IMG/VR virus record: IMGVR_UViG_3300034682_000176
Coordinates: 160,811-224,810 of that record
Reading direction: 5' to 3' (one strand)
DNA: 64,000 nt
Notes under the pieces: generated by a model
Databases searched by the model: none
What the model was told of the DNA's origin: nothing
Seen by the model: the letters and a program-made list of their open reading frames with translations, nothing else
Program-made: the position numbers and the translations under genes
Shown: one piece after another, positions 27,603 to 37,540 of the stretch
Position numbering within the stretch: the first letter of the stretch is position 1
How the letters are laid out: each line of letters opens with the position of its first letter

Positions 27603-28085
27603 ATGCCTCAAGCTCATCTCTCTACCTCGGATCTGATCATCACTCCAAAAGGAATGCTGATCAACAGCCAAATCTTGAAGCTGTGTGAAAAGATCAAAGT
27701 GTTGGGTTCGTCCAACATGTACGGTCTGGACTTGTACAGCCGCACCAACATGCACCACATGCTGGAGTTGATCAGCAACCGTCACATTCAAGAGTCTTGT
27801 AGTCATGACCTGTCCCAACAGCTGGAGCGGGTAAATCGTACCCTGTACAAAAAGCTCACAGCCTGTCGGTTCGCTTTCTTCGGGCCTGAAGATGACGTGG
27901 TCTGTTTCATCGTCTTTAAGGGTGCCAGCTTTGCTTCACTGCCGGGTGATGAACGCAGTGAAGATAGTCCGAACGATCCCTTTGTCACTTGGGTGACCAA
28001 GCGCTATGCCGCGGAACAAGCCCCGCAAGGTTGTGAAGCTACTCACACCTGGGTTCCGTATAAACCACTTGAAACTGCGGGTTGA
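27603..28085 (+). CDS. Hypothetical protein
   Basis: 160-aa ORF. Confidence 0.65.
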   Translation: MPQAHLSTSDLIITPKGMLINSQILKLCEKIKVLGSSNMYGLDLYSRTNMHHMLELISNRHIQESCSHDLSQQLERVNRTLYKKLTACRFAFFGPEDDVVCFIVFKGASFASLPGDERSEDSPNDPFVTWVTKRYAAEQAPQGCEATHTWVPYKPLETAG

Positions 28086-28125
28086 CACTATCTAGTTCAA
28101 AAACGTTTATGAGGGAGTTTCTCAA

Positions 28126-28431
28126 ATGTCACAGACCACATTGCTAACCGATGAATTGCAATCCTTGATTGAGTCGACCAACTGCTTTACCGCAGCCAGT
28201 GGTGTGCGTGGGTCCCCACAAACCACCCACGCTACCAAAGTGAACCCACGGCTGTACGATGTGGTGATTGCTGTGGTCGCACTCAAGAATGGGGAGGTGT
28301 TTACAGGCAGCACTGTTTGCAGCAAAAATGCTGCTCGCAACTTTGATCTGGCAAGCCAGAAGGCCATCGACAAAGCTATGCGTAAGTTCCGTGAACACTA
28401 CAGCAAACATCGTCAAGGCACCTTGATCTGA
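28126..28431 (+). CDS. Hypothetical protein
   Basis: GGGAG RBS; followed by a terminator hairpin at ~28435-28478. Confidence 0.7.
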   Translation: MSQTTLLTDELQSLIESTNCFTAASGVRGSPQTTHATKVNPRLYDVVIAVVALKNGEVFTGSTVCSKNAARNFDLASQKAIDKAMRKFREHYSKHRQGTLI

Positions 28432-28498
28432 TGACACCACCACACTCCCATTGGTGAGAGTGTGGTGGTTTTTCTTTTTGTCTCTGAATCAGGTTCGG

Positions 28499-28510
28499 TT
28501 ACATATATAC
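28499..28510 (+). promoter_or_regulatory. Putative early promoter TTACATATATAC
   Basis: Recurrent motif. Confidence 0.65.
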
Positions 28511-28579
28511 CCATTGAGTTCAGTAGTTGAAATCTTTGCGAAGTTGCAAAGGTGGCTCTGACCCAACAAGGAGTTTCAA

Positions 28580-29062
28580 GTGATCGTTGTCAAACCCAAT
28601 CTGATCATCGCCCGCAACATGGTGATGACCCCTTCCAATTCTTGCCTGTCCAGCGAGAACGGACATATCAAAATTTCGGTGTCTGGAAACTTGGAAGTGT
28701 GCGCTGCATTTGACAAGCTGTGCAAACAAACCACTCAAGCTTTCAACGTGGACCCCATGACGGTTCAAGAAGCCAAGAAGGTCTACGACCAATACTACAA
28801 GCTGTGGGCTGAATTCCGTCGCAAGTACCGCCATGAAGTGTTTGTCATCGTCAAGGCTGGCGGTGTGGTCGTGGTGGTGGAAGTGGACAACCTCTACCTC
28901 AACAAGAAGTCCGTCAACACCGGAATACTGCAGTGGAGCTATGGCGCCCAACACGTTGCGCTGGCTAACTTGAATGACTGGGACCCAGTCAAAATACCAC
29001 CATTTTGGTCACTGAACACTTGGGAAACAGTGTACAGCTTGGCATCTCCTTTGGAAGCTTAA
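28580..29062 (+). CDS. Hypothetical protein
   Basis: AAGGAG RBS with GTG start. Confidence 0.75.
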   Translation: MIVVKPNLIIARNMVMTPSNSCLSSENGHIKISVSGNLEVCAAFDKLCKQTTQAFNVDPMTVQEAKKVYDQYYKLWAEFRRKYRHEVFVIVKAGGVVVVVEVDNLYLNKKSVNTGILQWSYGAQHVALANLNDWDPVKIPPFWSLNTWETVYSLASPLEA

Positions 29063-29066
29063 ACCT

Positions 29067-29702
29067 ATGTTGCACCAATTCAATCACCCGCCTTTTTCTA
29101 CGTTTGTTCTGATCTACCAGAACCACCTGATCGCGCCGGCCGTGGCGGCGACTGCCACCTACGAACTGGGTGACACGCAGATCTATCCGTTAGTTGATGG
29201 TATCATGCATGTCCCCTTACTACACACCCAGTTGGTCGAAAAGACAAACGCTGTTTCTTTGGCTGAAGTGTTACCAACACCAGTTACCCCAGAAGTAGGT
29301 GACTTGCTACACAAGTGGGCCAAACATCGTACATACTGCGCATCGCAGTTTGCTTCCTGGGTGGCAGTGTCTTCCAAGTCTAACACCCTGCGCCTGTACA
29401 CACCCGCTGAAACCACCAATTTCATCCACCACCTTACCACCAATGGACTCAAGTTGATCAATGAGTACATTGAGGTTGAACTTCCAGCCAAGAACCAGCG
29501 CGGTGTGATGGTGGTAGCTCCGCACTATCTCCCGATCCCAGAAACCATGGTCAACATCTTGGAAGCTGACATTCTGTCTCCCAACCTGGTGGCCGAACGC
29601 GTGATTCCCAAGATCGCACCGTTGGCTGGGAAGTACGTAGCCATTGCACTGCCTGTTGCGCCAGACACGGACAATGATGTGATTTCAGCCGCCACGACGT
29701 GA
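29067..29702 (+). CDS. Hypothetical protein
   Basis: 211-aa ORF coupled to the previous gene. Confidence 0.7.
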   Translation: MLHQFNHPPFSTFVLIYQNHLIAPAVAATATYELGDTQIYPLVDGIMHVPLLHTQLVEKTNAVSLAEVLPTPVTPEVGDLLHKWAKHRTYCASQFASWVAVSSKSNTLRLYTPAETTNFIHHLTTNGLKLINEYIEVELPAKNQRGVMVVAPHYLPIPETMVNILEADILSPNLVAERVIPKIAPLAGKYVAIALPVAPDTDNDVISAATT

Positions 29703-29903
29703 GTCGCCAATTGTACTGAAATCCTCCTTTGACAGAGCGCGCCACGCTTTGTTGACGGTAGTTGATCAGAAGCTCCAAGGAAAGCTCCACCACCTGAGGC
29801 AACTCGGGTGGTGGCGTTTTTTCTTTTTGGGTATTTGGTTTATTTTCAATCGCACATATAACCTGTGAGATCAATTGTGGTTTCATGTAAAAGGAGTGTT
29901 ACC

Positions 29904-30242
29904 ATGCGCAAAGCTACCTCTACCAGTTCCAAAAAAATCGATGTCGATTCTGTAGCCAAACTCAAAGAAAGTTTGCTGGCGGCCAAGGAAAAGGCCAAAA
30001 CAACCAAGCCGTCTTTCAAGGTAGTCAAAGACCTGCAGGATAAGTTGTTTGTCGCAGCTCGCACAAAAACACTGACCAGCAGTGTTCAATCGGAATTGAT
30101 TTTACTACTGGCAGAAGTGGCCGTGATGCGCTACTACCCTTTGTTCAAAAAAGCTAAAAGTCCAGAAGAAGTAGTGATGAAGTATGAAAAAATACATGAA
30201 ATTTCGATGCAAATCGAAATGAACCTCATGTTGCACTTGTGA
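29904..30242 (+). CDS. Hypothetical basic protein
   Basis: AAAAGGAG RBS; CACATATAAC motif at 29853. Confidence 0.7.
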   Translation: MRKATSTSSKKIDVDSVAKLKESLLAAKEKAKTTKPSFKVVKDLQDKLFVAARTKTLTSSVQSELILLLAEVAVMRYYPLFKKAKSPEEVVMKYEKIHEISMQIEMNLMLHL

Positions 30243-30270
30243 CGCATAGCTCAATCTTTCCAACAAAACA

Positions 30271-30298
30271 TCACTGTAGGCGTTAACGCCTACAGTGA
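30271..30298. repeat. Perfect 28-bp palindrome
   Basis: tcactgtaggcgtt|aacgcctacagtga. Confidence 0.9.
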
Positions 30299-30316
30299 CT
30301 CAAAGGAGTATCAAAC

Positions 30317-30649
30317 GTGTTCACTTTCGTATCCGGCAATCAAACCCACGCAGCCAGCTCTGCCCGTCTGTTGATCAATCTTGCCATTTTGACAGAAAAC
30401 CAACAAAAGAGCGGCAAGAACATTTCGATGTTGCAGCTGGTCAAGGACCCGTTGTTTGCGTTGCCAGCCAAGGGCAACTACCGCATGACGATCGACAACT
30501 TCAAAGACAATGGTCCTGAAGACCGTCCTTGTGTATTTGACGGCAACTCCTCGCATGTGGACTGGGTCCAAACCCTGCGCTATCAAAGCCTGATCTTGAT
30601 GGGGTTGAAGCACATCAAAGAACCTACTCCACAAACCGTCGCCGCCTGA
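30317..30649 (+). CDS. Hypothetical protein (paralog of next gene)
   Basis: AAAGGAG RBS with GTG start; G.YR.TI.N..D....[FY].G..S.V.W motif. Confidence 0.75.
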   Translation: MFTFVSGNQTHAASSARLLINLAILTENQQKSGKNISMLQLVKDPLFALPAKGNYRMTIDNFKDNGPEDRPCVFDGNSSHVDWVQTLRYQSLILMGLKHIKEPTPQTVAA

Positions 30650-30672
30650 TTGCCACTTCTGTTGAGACTGAC

Positions 30673-31047
30673 ATGAATTTCCTGTTTGGACACTATGCCG
30701 GTAGCCGCAATGCCACAACCAAGGCCATTGCCACGTTGCAAGAAATTGAAGCGATGTTCCGCGCCCATACACCGCGATCGGTGATTGGGCCGCAGAACCT
30801 GAGTAGCTTGGTGCGTTGGCGCCAAAAGCTCGATCGTGGTCTGCCGCAAGGTGACTATCGCTTTACCATCCGCAATGCGTCCGATCTGTCCAAGGTGTAC
30901 ATTTACAACGGTCAGTTCTCCAAAGTCAATTGGGGAGCTTCGCTCAGTGCGTGCCGCTTGGTGTTTGAAGAGTTGGTAGAAGTCTCTCCTACCAGCCTTT
31001 ACTTACCAAGCAAAAAGAAACCCAAGCAGCACTCTGTTGCTGCGTAA
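30673..31047 (+). CDS. Hypothetical protein (paralog of previous gene)
   Basis: GDYRFTIRNASD..YIYNGQFSKVNW. Confidence 0.75.
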   Translation: MNFLFGHYAGSRNATTKAIATLQEIEAMFRAHTPRSVIGPQNLSSLVRWRQKLDRGLPQGDYRFTIRNASDLSKVYIYNGQFSKVNWGASLSACRLVFEELVEVSPTSLYLPSKKKPKQHSVAA

Positions 31048-31058
31048 CCACAGTCCAT

Positions 31059-31307
31059 ATGTCTACTTTCTTGACACGTCCATTTCCACCCTTTTATCTA
31101 CAAGGGTGGTCTGCCCGTAAGCTGCTGCAAGTTGAGTTGAACGTCGGTCGTATTTTCCGACCCATCCATGGGACTCGTGCCAGCCGACTCCACACCTACC
31201 AAGACCAAGCTATCCAATGGCTTGAAGCCGGCGGGGTTATCCCTGGCGACATAGTGATGCATGCCACCATGACTCAAAATGCCAAATCCAAAATCAACCA
31301 TGCGTGA
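31059..31307 (+). CDS. Small hypothetical protein
   Basis: 82-aa ORF filling the operon. Confidence 0.5.
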   Translation: MSTFLTRPFPPFYLQGWSARKLLQVELNVGRIFRPIHGTRASRLHTYQDQAIQWLEAGGVIPGDIVMHATMTQNAKSKINHA

Positions 31308-31797
31308 AGATCGCCGCCCGACCCATCGGCACACAGCCCAAGGTCCGGTGGAGATTCCTTACATTGCACTGTCCTTGATTCGTACATTGACTGTTGAAGA
31401 ACGTGCCATTGTGCGAAAAACAGTCAGCATAGCGCAAGCTGATTTCCATCGGCCTTTGTCGTTCGATGAACCTTTCGAGGTCCACTACACCAACGGCATG
31501 GACATCTTGGGTGCGTACGTTTACCACACCCATGCACGCCCCATCATCTTGCTTGACCCCGCGTTGATCAAGACCAATGCCGCCACCAACAACCTCAACT
31601 TTGCAAACGAAGTAGCGATCACTTTGGCACATGAAATTGCTCATGCGTACCAAGATCGCATTGGGGTGTTGGATGAAACCGAAGACGTTGAAGCAGCCGC
31701 TGAAACCTTTGCCAAAATCTGGCTCGACCGTGGTGAGGTGTGTGTCGATATCCTGACACCGCGTCCCATCGACTTCTTTTCCAAACCTCCTTTCTGA
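31300..31797 (+). CDS. HExxH zinc metallopeptidase-like protein (ImmA/IrrE-like)
   Basis: TLAHEIAHAYQ...E..AETFA. Confidence 0.7.
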   Translation: MREDRRPTHRHTAQGPVEIPYIALSLIRTLTVEERAIVRKTVSIAQADFHRPLSFDEPFEVHYTNGMDILGAYVYHTHARPIILLDPALIKTNAATNNLNFANEVAITLAHEIAHAYQDRIGVLDETEDVEAAAETFAKIWLDRGEVCVDILTPRPIDFFSKPPF

Positions 31798-31808
31798 AAG
31801 CGACCACC

Positions 31809-32159
31809 ATGTCTGCATATTCCAATTTCCTCGTCAACTGCCCCCAAGACCAAAGCGTGGCGATCCATGCTGCTGGTGTTCTGGAAGCCCTGGCAGAAGC
31901 TTTTGAAACCTTCCGTGACAAACCCCAGCTGGACGCTGTCAAAGACGTCCACACGGCGCTGCTGAACTGGGAAGAGCTGCAAGAAGGCTATGACCCATCC
32001 ACCGGCACCGACATCACAATCACGGTCACCACGGAAGAGCAGTCCTGGTTCCTGGACTTGGCCACATCGGAATGGATCCTGGATCTGCGCATGTCGATCT
32101 TCCACGGCCGGCTGATCTTCATGCTCAACACAGACTCGCAAAATGGCGAAGCAGGTTAA
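31809..32159 (+). CDS. Hypothetical protein
   Basis: Phage-like codon usage, operon position. Confidence 0.7.
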   Translation: MSAYSNFLVNCPQDQSVAIHAAGVLEALAEAFETFRDKPQLDAVKDVHTALLNWEELQEGYDPSTGTDITITVTTEEQSWFLDLATSEWILDLRMSIFHGRLIFMLNTDSQNGEAG

Positions 32160-32397
32160 ACCAGCTACAGCGGGATTGCAGGCAGAGTGGGTTGCCATTC
32201 ACAAAAACTACAACCGCACAGAGATCGCAATGGACCGTATTTCTAGCATGTTTGACCCAAGCGTTCATGCATGCTGTCCAACGTGTGCCTTTCCGCAGTT
32301 CCAGCAACTACTCACCCGCAATCAAAACCGCGAAATACGCATTCGTCAAATTGCACCAAGAATTTCTCAAAAGGAAATTGATAATGTCAAAGTCTGA
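32143..32397 (+). CDS. Small Cys-containing hypothetical protein
   Basis: Overlaps both neighbours; HACCPTC. Confidence 0.55.
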   Translation: MAKQVKPATAGLQAEWVAIHKNYNRTEIAMDRISSMFDPSVHACCPTCAFPQFQQLLTRNQNREIRIRQIAPRISQKEIDNVKV

Positions 32398-32590
32398 ATA
32401 TTCGTCACTAGCGGGTGCTCCGTCCGGCGGCTACATGCTTGGTGTTGAGTCAAAAGTACCGGACCAGATCAAGAATCTGACTCTGGCTGAGTTTGTGAAA
32501 CGCAATATTGGATTGCGTGCACAGGCCAAAGCTAAACTGTCGGCATCTAAAGTAACCCGACAGCTTGGGACGGATACAAACAAAAACTAA
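32384..32590 (+). CDS. Small basic hypothetical protein
   Basis: AAAGGA RBS before ATG 32384; followed by a terminator at ~32596-32646. Confidence 0.65.
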   Translation: MSKSEYSSLAGAPSGGYMLGVESKVPDQIKNLTLAEFVKRNIGLRAQAKAKLSASKVTRQLGTDTNKN

Positions 32591-32694
32591 GTGTGACAGA
32601 CACCCTAGGTATTTCCTAGGGTGTCTGTTAGTGCTTTTTTCTTTTTGTGAAAAATGCAGTGTCGCTCTGTCCTACCATCAACTACCACACTGCC

Positions 32695-33720
32695 ATGAAA
32701 CAATTGACCGTTGCATATCTGAGCATGGACCAAATCAACAACCACGAACTGTTGTTGCCATCCATCGAGATCACCACACATATCCTCCAAGACCCGATCC
32801 AGGTGGTCGTCCACCGTGATCCGATCTGTCAGATGACTGGTAGCAAGGTGTTGACCAACTACGACTTTGTGGTTAGCACACAACCTCAACACCATCTTAT
32901 ACGCAACGTGGTGTTAGAGCGCTACTGCAAACTGACGCAGGCCGCACGTATGAACGAGGCAGTCCGCGCTGCTGGTCGTTTCCCGAACTTCGTCCCGATC
33001 AGCTGCTGGGACAATCGTTTCTCGACGCACAATGACGCAGAGTCCTTCCGTATCGACAAGGTGGTCATCAAGGCGCTGCATGGTGCCCGTGGGATTTGCC
33101 AGTTGCTGGTGAGTGATGTCGCCAAAATCAACAAAGCCACTTTGTTGCTCGACTTTCAAAAGGTCTTGAACGCATTCAACGCTCTGCCAAACATCGCCAA
33201 CAACGCCGAAGAATACAACGAAGCTTTCCGCCAACACCTCAAAGCCAATTTTCCTTACAACGCTCTGTGGTCCGGTTTGGAGCAAGTCGACTTCGTCAAT
33301 GCAGACACCTTGATGCGTTCAGGGGAATACTTCATGCAGGAGTACCGCCAGAACATCTTGAAGGAGTACCGCGTCTTGGTGGGTATGGACAAAGAGTTGT
33401 ACTGCTTTGAGCGGGGTCTGCGAACAGACCGTCCATTTGCACAGGCCACCGGCACCAACGCATCCATTTATACCAAGAGCATCCCGGCGCTGTCGGAGAA
33501 ATCCGAACAAGAGCTGGTGGACTTCCTCACAACGGTGATCCCGGGCATGAACTCGGTCGACTTGGTTTTGTTTGAGACCCCTGCCGGTATCCAGTACGGT
33601 GTCTTTGAGTACTGCAACCAGTTTGGTATGGATGTGGACGATCCTGCCATCTTCAAGAAGCTGCACAGCGACTTCATCTTGCACTACGCAAAGATCTACC
33701 GTCCTGATCTGTTCGTGTAA
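32695..33720 (+). CDS. ATP-grasp (RimK-like) fold protein
   Basis: VVIKALHGARG, FMQEY, EYRVLV, SVDLV, FEYCNQFG in ATP-grasp order. Confidence 0.65.
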   Translation: MKQLTVAYLSMDQINNHELLLPSIEITTHILQDPIQVVVHRDPICQMTGSKVLTNYDFVVSTQPQHHLIRNVVLERYCKLTQAARMNEAVRAAGRFPNFVPISCWDNRFSTHNDAESFRIDKVVIKALHGARGICQLLVSDVAKINKATLLLDFQKVLNAFNALPNIANNAEEYNEAFRQHLKANFPYNALWSGLEQVDFVNADTLMRSGEYFMQEYRQNILKEYRVLVGMDKELYCFERGLRTDRPFAQATGTNASIYTKSIPALSEKSEQELVDFLTTVIPGMNSVDLVLFETPAGIQYGVFEYCNQFGMDVDDPAIFKKLHSDFILHYAKIYRPDLFV

Positions 33721-33764
33721 CGACAAAAGCATAGAGCTACCTAAGGGTTTCCCCCTAGGTAGCT

Positions 33765-34850
33765 CTATGCTGCGTCAATCACCTTCTGCAGTTTTTCTTT
33801 GAAGGCTTTAGCACTGTCGTAGGAGAAGAACTCATCGATCCGGTTGTCTCGCAACGTGCGCTCACACAACCGTTTCCAGTCGTTGAGGTGTTGGCGACTC
33901 AGACCTTTGTTCTTGGCAATGTCGATCAAGAAACACATGTGGTCGATGCGGGTAGACAGCAGTGCCACACGAGACTGGCGCGTTGCACCAAACTCCGGCA
34001 ACACCAACAAGTTGGCAGCGTCGTCATGGAACACCAGTTTGATGTGTCGCAGCATGGCAACAAAGTCCAAAGACTTCGATTGCAACATATCGATCGTGTC
34101 ATCCACATAACGGTCAACTTGCGTGGATGGCTCGAAGATTTTGAAGCGATGTTTCTTGGTGGGTTCCACCACTGCACGGCCATAGAAACGATCCATCACC
34201 TTGTTGAGCAAGGTGTGGTCAATCACCGTGTCCATACAGGTGTTCAAGACGTACTTGATCACAAAGTGGTTCTTGGTCAGCTGCACGTCTGCACCCACTT
34301 GCATGCGGATGAATTCGCGCCATTTAACGGCCAGCTTAGGGATGTCTACGTACAGGCTAGACAGACCACCCAGATTGCCGTCATCGCTTCCCAGAGGCAG
34401 TAGAAAGCGATTGTCGTTACGGTGGTGTTGTAGTGCAAAGATACACGGTGCACTTTTCCAATTGCTGACGAACTCACTGACGTTGAAGTTCTCATACCCA
34501 GCAAACAAAATCTCTTCCCCATCATTGCCGAAGAAGTAAGGAGGGTGCAACACCCCTTCTTCCAGGTCGCTGGTGAAACGAAAGTGTTTGGCCAGATACA
34601 CAAGCTTGCTGTCCACATACTCCAAGTAGCGATGGGTGTCCAGGCTCAAGTGGGGTGGAAGGTGCTCGATAATCCGGCTGATGATGTTGGTGTTTTTGAC
34701 CGAGAAGTTACGGCTGTGGTAATACTCGTAGATAGCGTCTCGGTTGAAGATGTACAGGCGACGGATATAGTCGATATCGCGTTGCTGGCTGACCCCTGCG
34801 CGAGGAGTTCTTTGAATGTAACCGTTATCAAACAGGTCTAAATAAATCAT
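33765..34850 (-). CDS. Conserved chimallivirus protein (tentatively phiKZ gp52-like)
   Basis: About 360 aa, oriented opposite to and upstream of chimallin. Confidence 0.55.
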   Translation of the reverse strand: MIYLDLFDNGYIQRTPRAGVSQQRDIDYIRRLYIFNRDAIYEYYHSRNFSVKNTNIISRIIEHLPPHLSLDTHRYLEYVDSKLVYLAKHFRFTSDLEEGVLHPPYFFGNDGEEILFAGYENFNVSEFVSNWKSAPCIFALQHHRNDNRFLLPLGSDDGNLGGLSSLYVDIPKLAVKWREFIRMQVGADVQLTKNHFVIKYVLNTCMDTVIDHTLLNKVMDRFYGRAVVEPTKKHRFKIFEPSTQVDRYVDDTIDMLQSKSLDFVAMLRHIKLVFHDDAANLLVLPEFGATRQSRVALLSTRIDHMCFLIDIAKNKGLSRQHLNDWKRLCERTLRDNRIDEFFSYDSAKAFKEKLQKVIDAA

Positions 34851-34917
34851 TGTGCAAGCCTCTGCAGTTGACCAAACCATGCTGGCTCAAGCTGCGTGCA
34901 TTTGAAATTCGATAAAC

Positions 34918-34928
34918 CACATATATAC
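34918..34928 (+). promoter_or_regulatory. Putative early promoter CACATATATAC
   Basis: Recurrent motif upstream of the 34981 gene and chimallin. Confidence 0.6.
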
Positions 34929-34980
34929 CTTGTGCACTTACCGCACAAATGAGTTTCAGATTTGCCCTTAGGAGTATTTG

Positions 34981-35487
34981 ATGTCCAACCAGTTTCCCAT
35001 TCACCGTCCTGTCAACGTGATGCAAAACATCATCATGGAGTTCTTGGACGGCGCGCCGTTTACCGAGCAGCTGTGTGACAAGGTCGTTGCAACGTACTGC
35101 ACCGACTTCACCGGTGCCAGCTACAAGCGCAACCTGGAATTCGTCAAGTCCGTCATCGACCGCGCCAATCGCTATCGTGTCGGCAATAACATCTACGCCG
35201 TGGAAACGGAGTTTGAGTTCAACGACTTGGAGATTGCGCTGGTGGTCCGCCTGCTCAATCTGTGTTACCATGGTGAGCGCATCCTCACCCTCAACAACTC
35301 CATCATCTATATCCCCAAGGAGCTGCACAACTACACAGAAGAAGAAATCCGTATCCACGTCTTCAAGTCCGTCCAAAACAAGAAGCCTGGCCGCCTGCGC
35401 CAGTTCTTCGGTCGTCTCAAGTCCAAGGTCCAAAGCAAGCGCCGTCACAAACTCGTGACTGTCGGCATGCACATGGCCTCGGCTTGA
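34981..35487 (+). CDS. Hypothetical protein
   Basis: AGGAG RBS; basic C-terminus. Confidence 0.75.
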   Translation: MSNQFPIHRPVNVMQNIIMEFLDGAPFTEQLCDKVVATYCTDFTGASYKRNLEFVKSVIDRANRYRVGNNIYAVETEFEFNDLEIALVVRLLNLCYHGERILTLNNSIIYIPKELHNYTEEEIRIHVFKSVQNKKPGRLRQFFGRLKSKVQSKRRHKLVTVGMHMASA

Positions 35488-35617
35488 TTCGTTAGTTTCC
35501 TGCGTAAAAATACCACTCGTATACCATTAGGTGATAGAGTACTACAGCCCGCAAGGTCTGTAGCCTCTGCCCACGGTTTATCTTTCCCTTACCACCCCAA
35601 CCTTCAAGGAGCTTCAA

Positions 35618-37468
35618 ATGGGTGTCAATCAACAAGCTTTCGCTACTTCCGCAACTGCCGCTGCCGCTGCTCAAACTGCCCAGTCTGCTGGCCGTCCCTC
35701 CAGCTTCACGCCTGGTCAGATGGGTCTGATGTCGCCCGTCGGTTCGGTGGGCTCCGGCGGTGAAATGTACGAGAAGCTGTACGCTGCTCTGCAAAACAAC
35801 GTGAAGATGCTGACCGAAGAGCGCAAGAGCGACTCCAGCTACTTCGTGGTCAAGCTGCTGAAGCAGACCGCCGGTCTGAACTACAGCAACATCATCCTGG
35901 TGGAAAAGCAAGAAGACTGCGTGGCCGCTCACGTGCTGATCGTCGAATCCACCGGCATGTACCCCGATGTGCGCATCGAGACCGCTGGCAACGTCCGCTA
36001 CGAAATCGTCCGCACTCCTGCTGACGCGCTGGACGAAAAGCTGGTGGAACAAGCGCAGATCGCCGTGGGCCAGGCGCTGAAGATGAACCCTGCGGAAGTC
36101 GTCATCGTCGACGGCACGCTGGTGCCTTCCGAATTCGCCGTCAGCGACGAACACCAAGTCAGCGCCCTGGTCATCAACACCTTCAACGCCACGTTCACCG
36201 AAATCCAAACCCGCGTGCACGACTACAAGGGCCAGAACGTCCAGGAACTGATCGCCAACAACCGCAACGGCAAGTTCCAGATCGGCGTGGCCTACAACGA
36301 GAACGATCTGATCTTCACGGACCAGACCGGCATGCCTGTTCGCCAGGACATCTGCATCTCGCTGTCCTACAAGCTGGGCAACTCCCAGAACGGCTGGTCG
36401 GTGCACCAAGGTGAAAACACGGTGGAAGTGGCCAAGACCTACGGCTACATCGACTTCGAGTACGTCGGCCCTCAGCTGGTGAACAACCAGCCTACCAGCC
36501 AGTGCTTCGTGCCCAACTTCATCATCACGCACATCGAAAGCCCCTTCGCTCCCACCCCTGACCTGGTGATGCGCGCAGTGCTGTCGGTGTTCGCGCTGAA
36601 CGAAGGCATGAACTGGCTGCCGGCATTCCGTGCTGCGATGACCAAGAAGGGCGAAATCGACCTGGCAGACATCGGCGCGCTGAACATCGAAGGCAACATC
36701 GAAGCCAACCCCGTGGGCTACGGCAAGAAGTACGACACCAAGTCCAAGAGCTTCAACAACATGGAGCTGACCCAGTTCGTGCAACGCCTGGTCTACCCTG
36801 GCAAGCTGGCTGTGTCGATGGACCTGCCCAAGGCCGGCCCCGAGACCTGGTACACCTCGCTGTTCCACGCGATCCAGTTCGAGCAAAATCCTGCCATCCG
36901 TCAGGGTGCCATGGACCGCCTGAACCGCTTCCTGATCCACTCGACCGGCAACGTGTTCCAGCCTGCCAACCTGCCCGTGTTCATCAACACCACCAACAAG
37001 ATCCACGGCGGCTTCTACCGTGACCCTGTCACCAAGACCTACCGTGATCTGCGTTGTGTGACCAACTACCTGGCCGTGGCCAACCACGTGGCTGACACCA
37101 ACCAGCCACCTGCCAAGATCAGCCAGTACACCAACACGCTGTACAGCCACGCTCTGCCGGCTGAACTGCGCGCTGCTGTGCGCCGCGACCAGTACGTGAC
37201 GGAGATGACCAACAACAGCGCTGTGATCAAGCGCTACTACGACCGCGTGACCTTCTCGCGTGACTACCTGCAGAACTACCTGAATGCGATGCAGTCCATC
37301 GGCTACGCTCCGATGTTCGCCAACATGGTGAACAACGAAGTGTTCGTCACCCGCGCCACCGGCGACTTCGCCAACGCGCTGTTCGGCCAAGACGCTCGTC
37401 TGATGGGCACCGCTCCCACGCAGTACGGCAACTACGGCCAGTTCAGCGCCTACCACCGCACCTACTAA
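35618..37468 (+). CDS. chmA: Chimallin, phage nucleus shell protein
   Basis: 616 aa, Ala/Gln-rich N-tail, D.TGMPVR.DI, GYIDF, P.FIIT, DIGALN and GY-rich C-tail; extreme codon bias; upstream of nvRNAP beta'-N as for phiKZ gp54/gp55. Confidence 0.85.
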   Translation: MGVNQQAFATSATAAAAAQTAQSAGRPSSFTPGQMGLMSPVGSVGSGGEMYEKLYAALQNNVKMLTEERKSDSSYFVVKLLKQTAGLNYSNIILVEKQEDCVAAHVLIVESTGMYPDVRIETAGNVRYEIVRTPADALDEKLVEQAQIAVGQALKMNPAEVVIVDGTLVPSEFAVSDEHQVSALVINTFNATFTEIQTRVHDYKGQNVQELIANNRNGKFQIGVAYNENDLIFTDQTGMPVRQDICISLSYKLGNSQNGWSVHQGENTVEVAKTYGYIDFEYVGPQLVNNQPTSQCFVPNFIITHIESPFAPTPDLVMRAVLSVFALNEGMNWLPAFRAAMTKKGEIDLADIGALNIEGNIEANPVGYGKKYDTKSKSFNNMELTQFVQRLVYPGKLAVSMDLPKAGPETWYTSLFHAIQFEQNPAIRQGAMDRLNRFLIHSTGNVFQPANLPVFINTTNKIHGGFYRDPVTKTYRDLRCVTNYLAVANHVADTNQPPAKISQYTNTLYSHALPAELRAAVRRDQYVTEMTNNSAVIKRYYDRVTFSRDYLQNYLNAMQSIGYAPMFANMVNNEVFVTRATGDFANALFGQDARLMGTAPTQYGNYGQFSAYHRTY

Positions 37469-37498
37469 TTCTGCTTGCAGGGTTAGTTAAGCCGTGAG

Positions 37499-37540
37499 AA
37501 GAAACCGCCTGTCCTTAACGGGATGGGCGGTTTCTTTTTT
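37499..37540 (+). terminator. Intrinsic terminator
   Basis: gaaaccgcctgtcc...ggatgggcggtttc plus T6. Confidence 0.85.

Noticed and set aside
32384-32590. Graspetide precursor peptide for the ATP-grasp enzyme
   Set aside because: It has no repeated Thr/Lys-Asp/Glu core motif and a terminator separates it from the enzyme, so it is not called.
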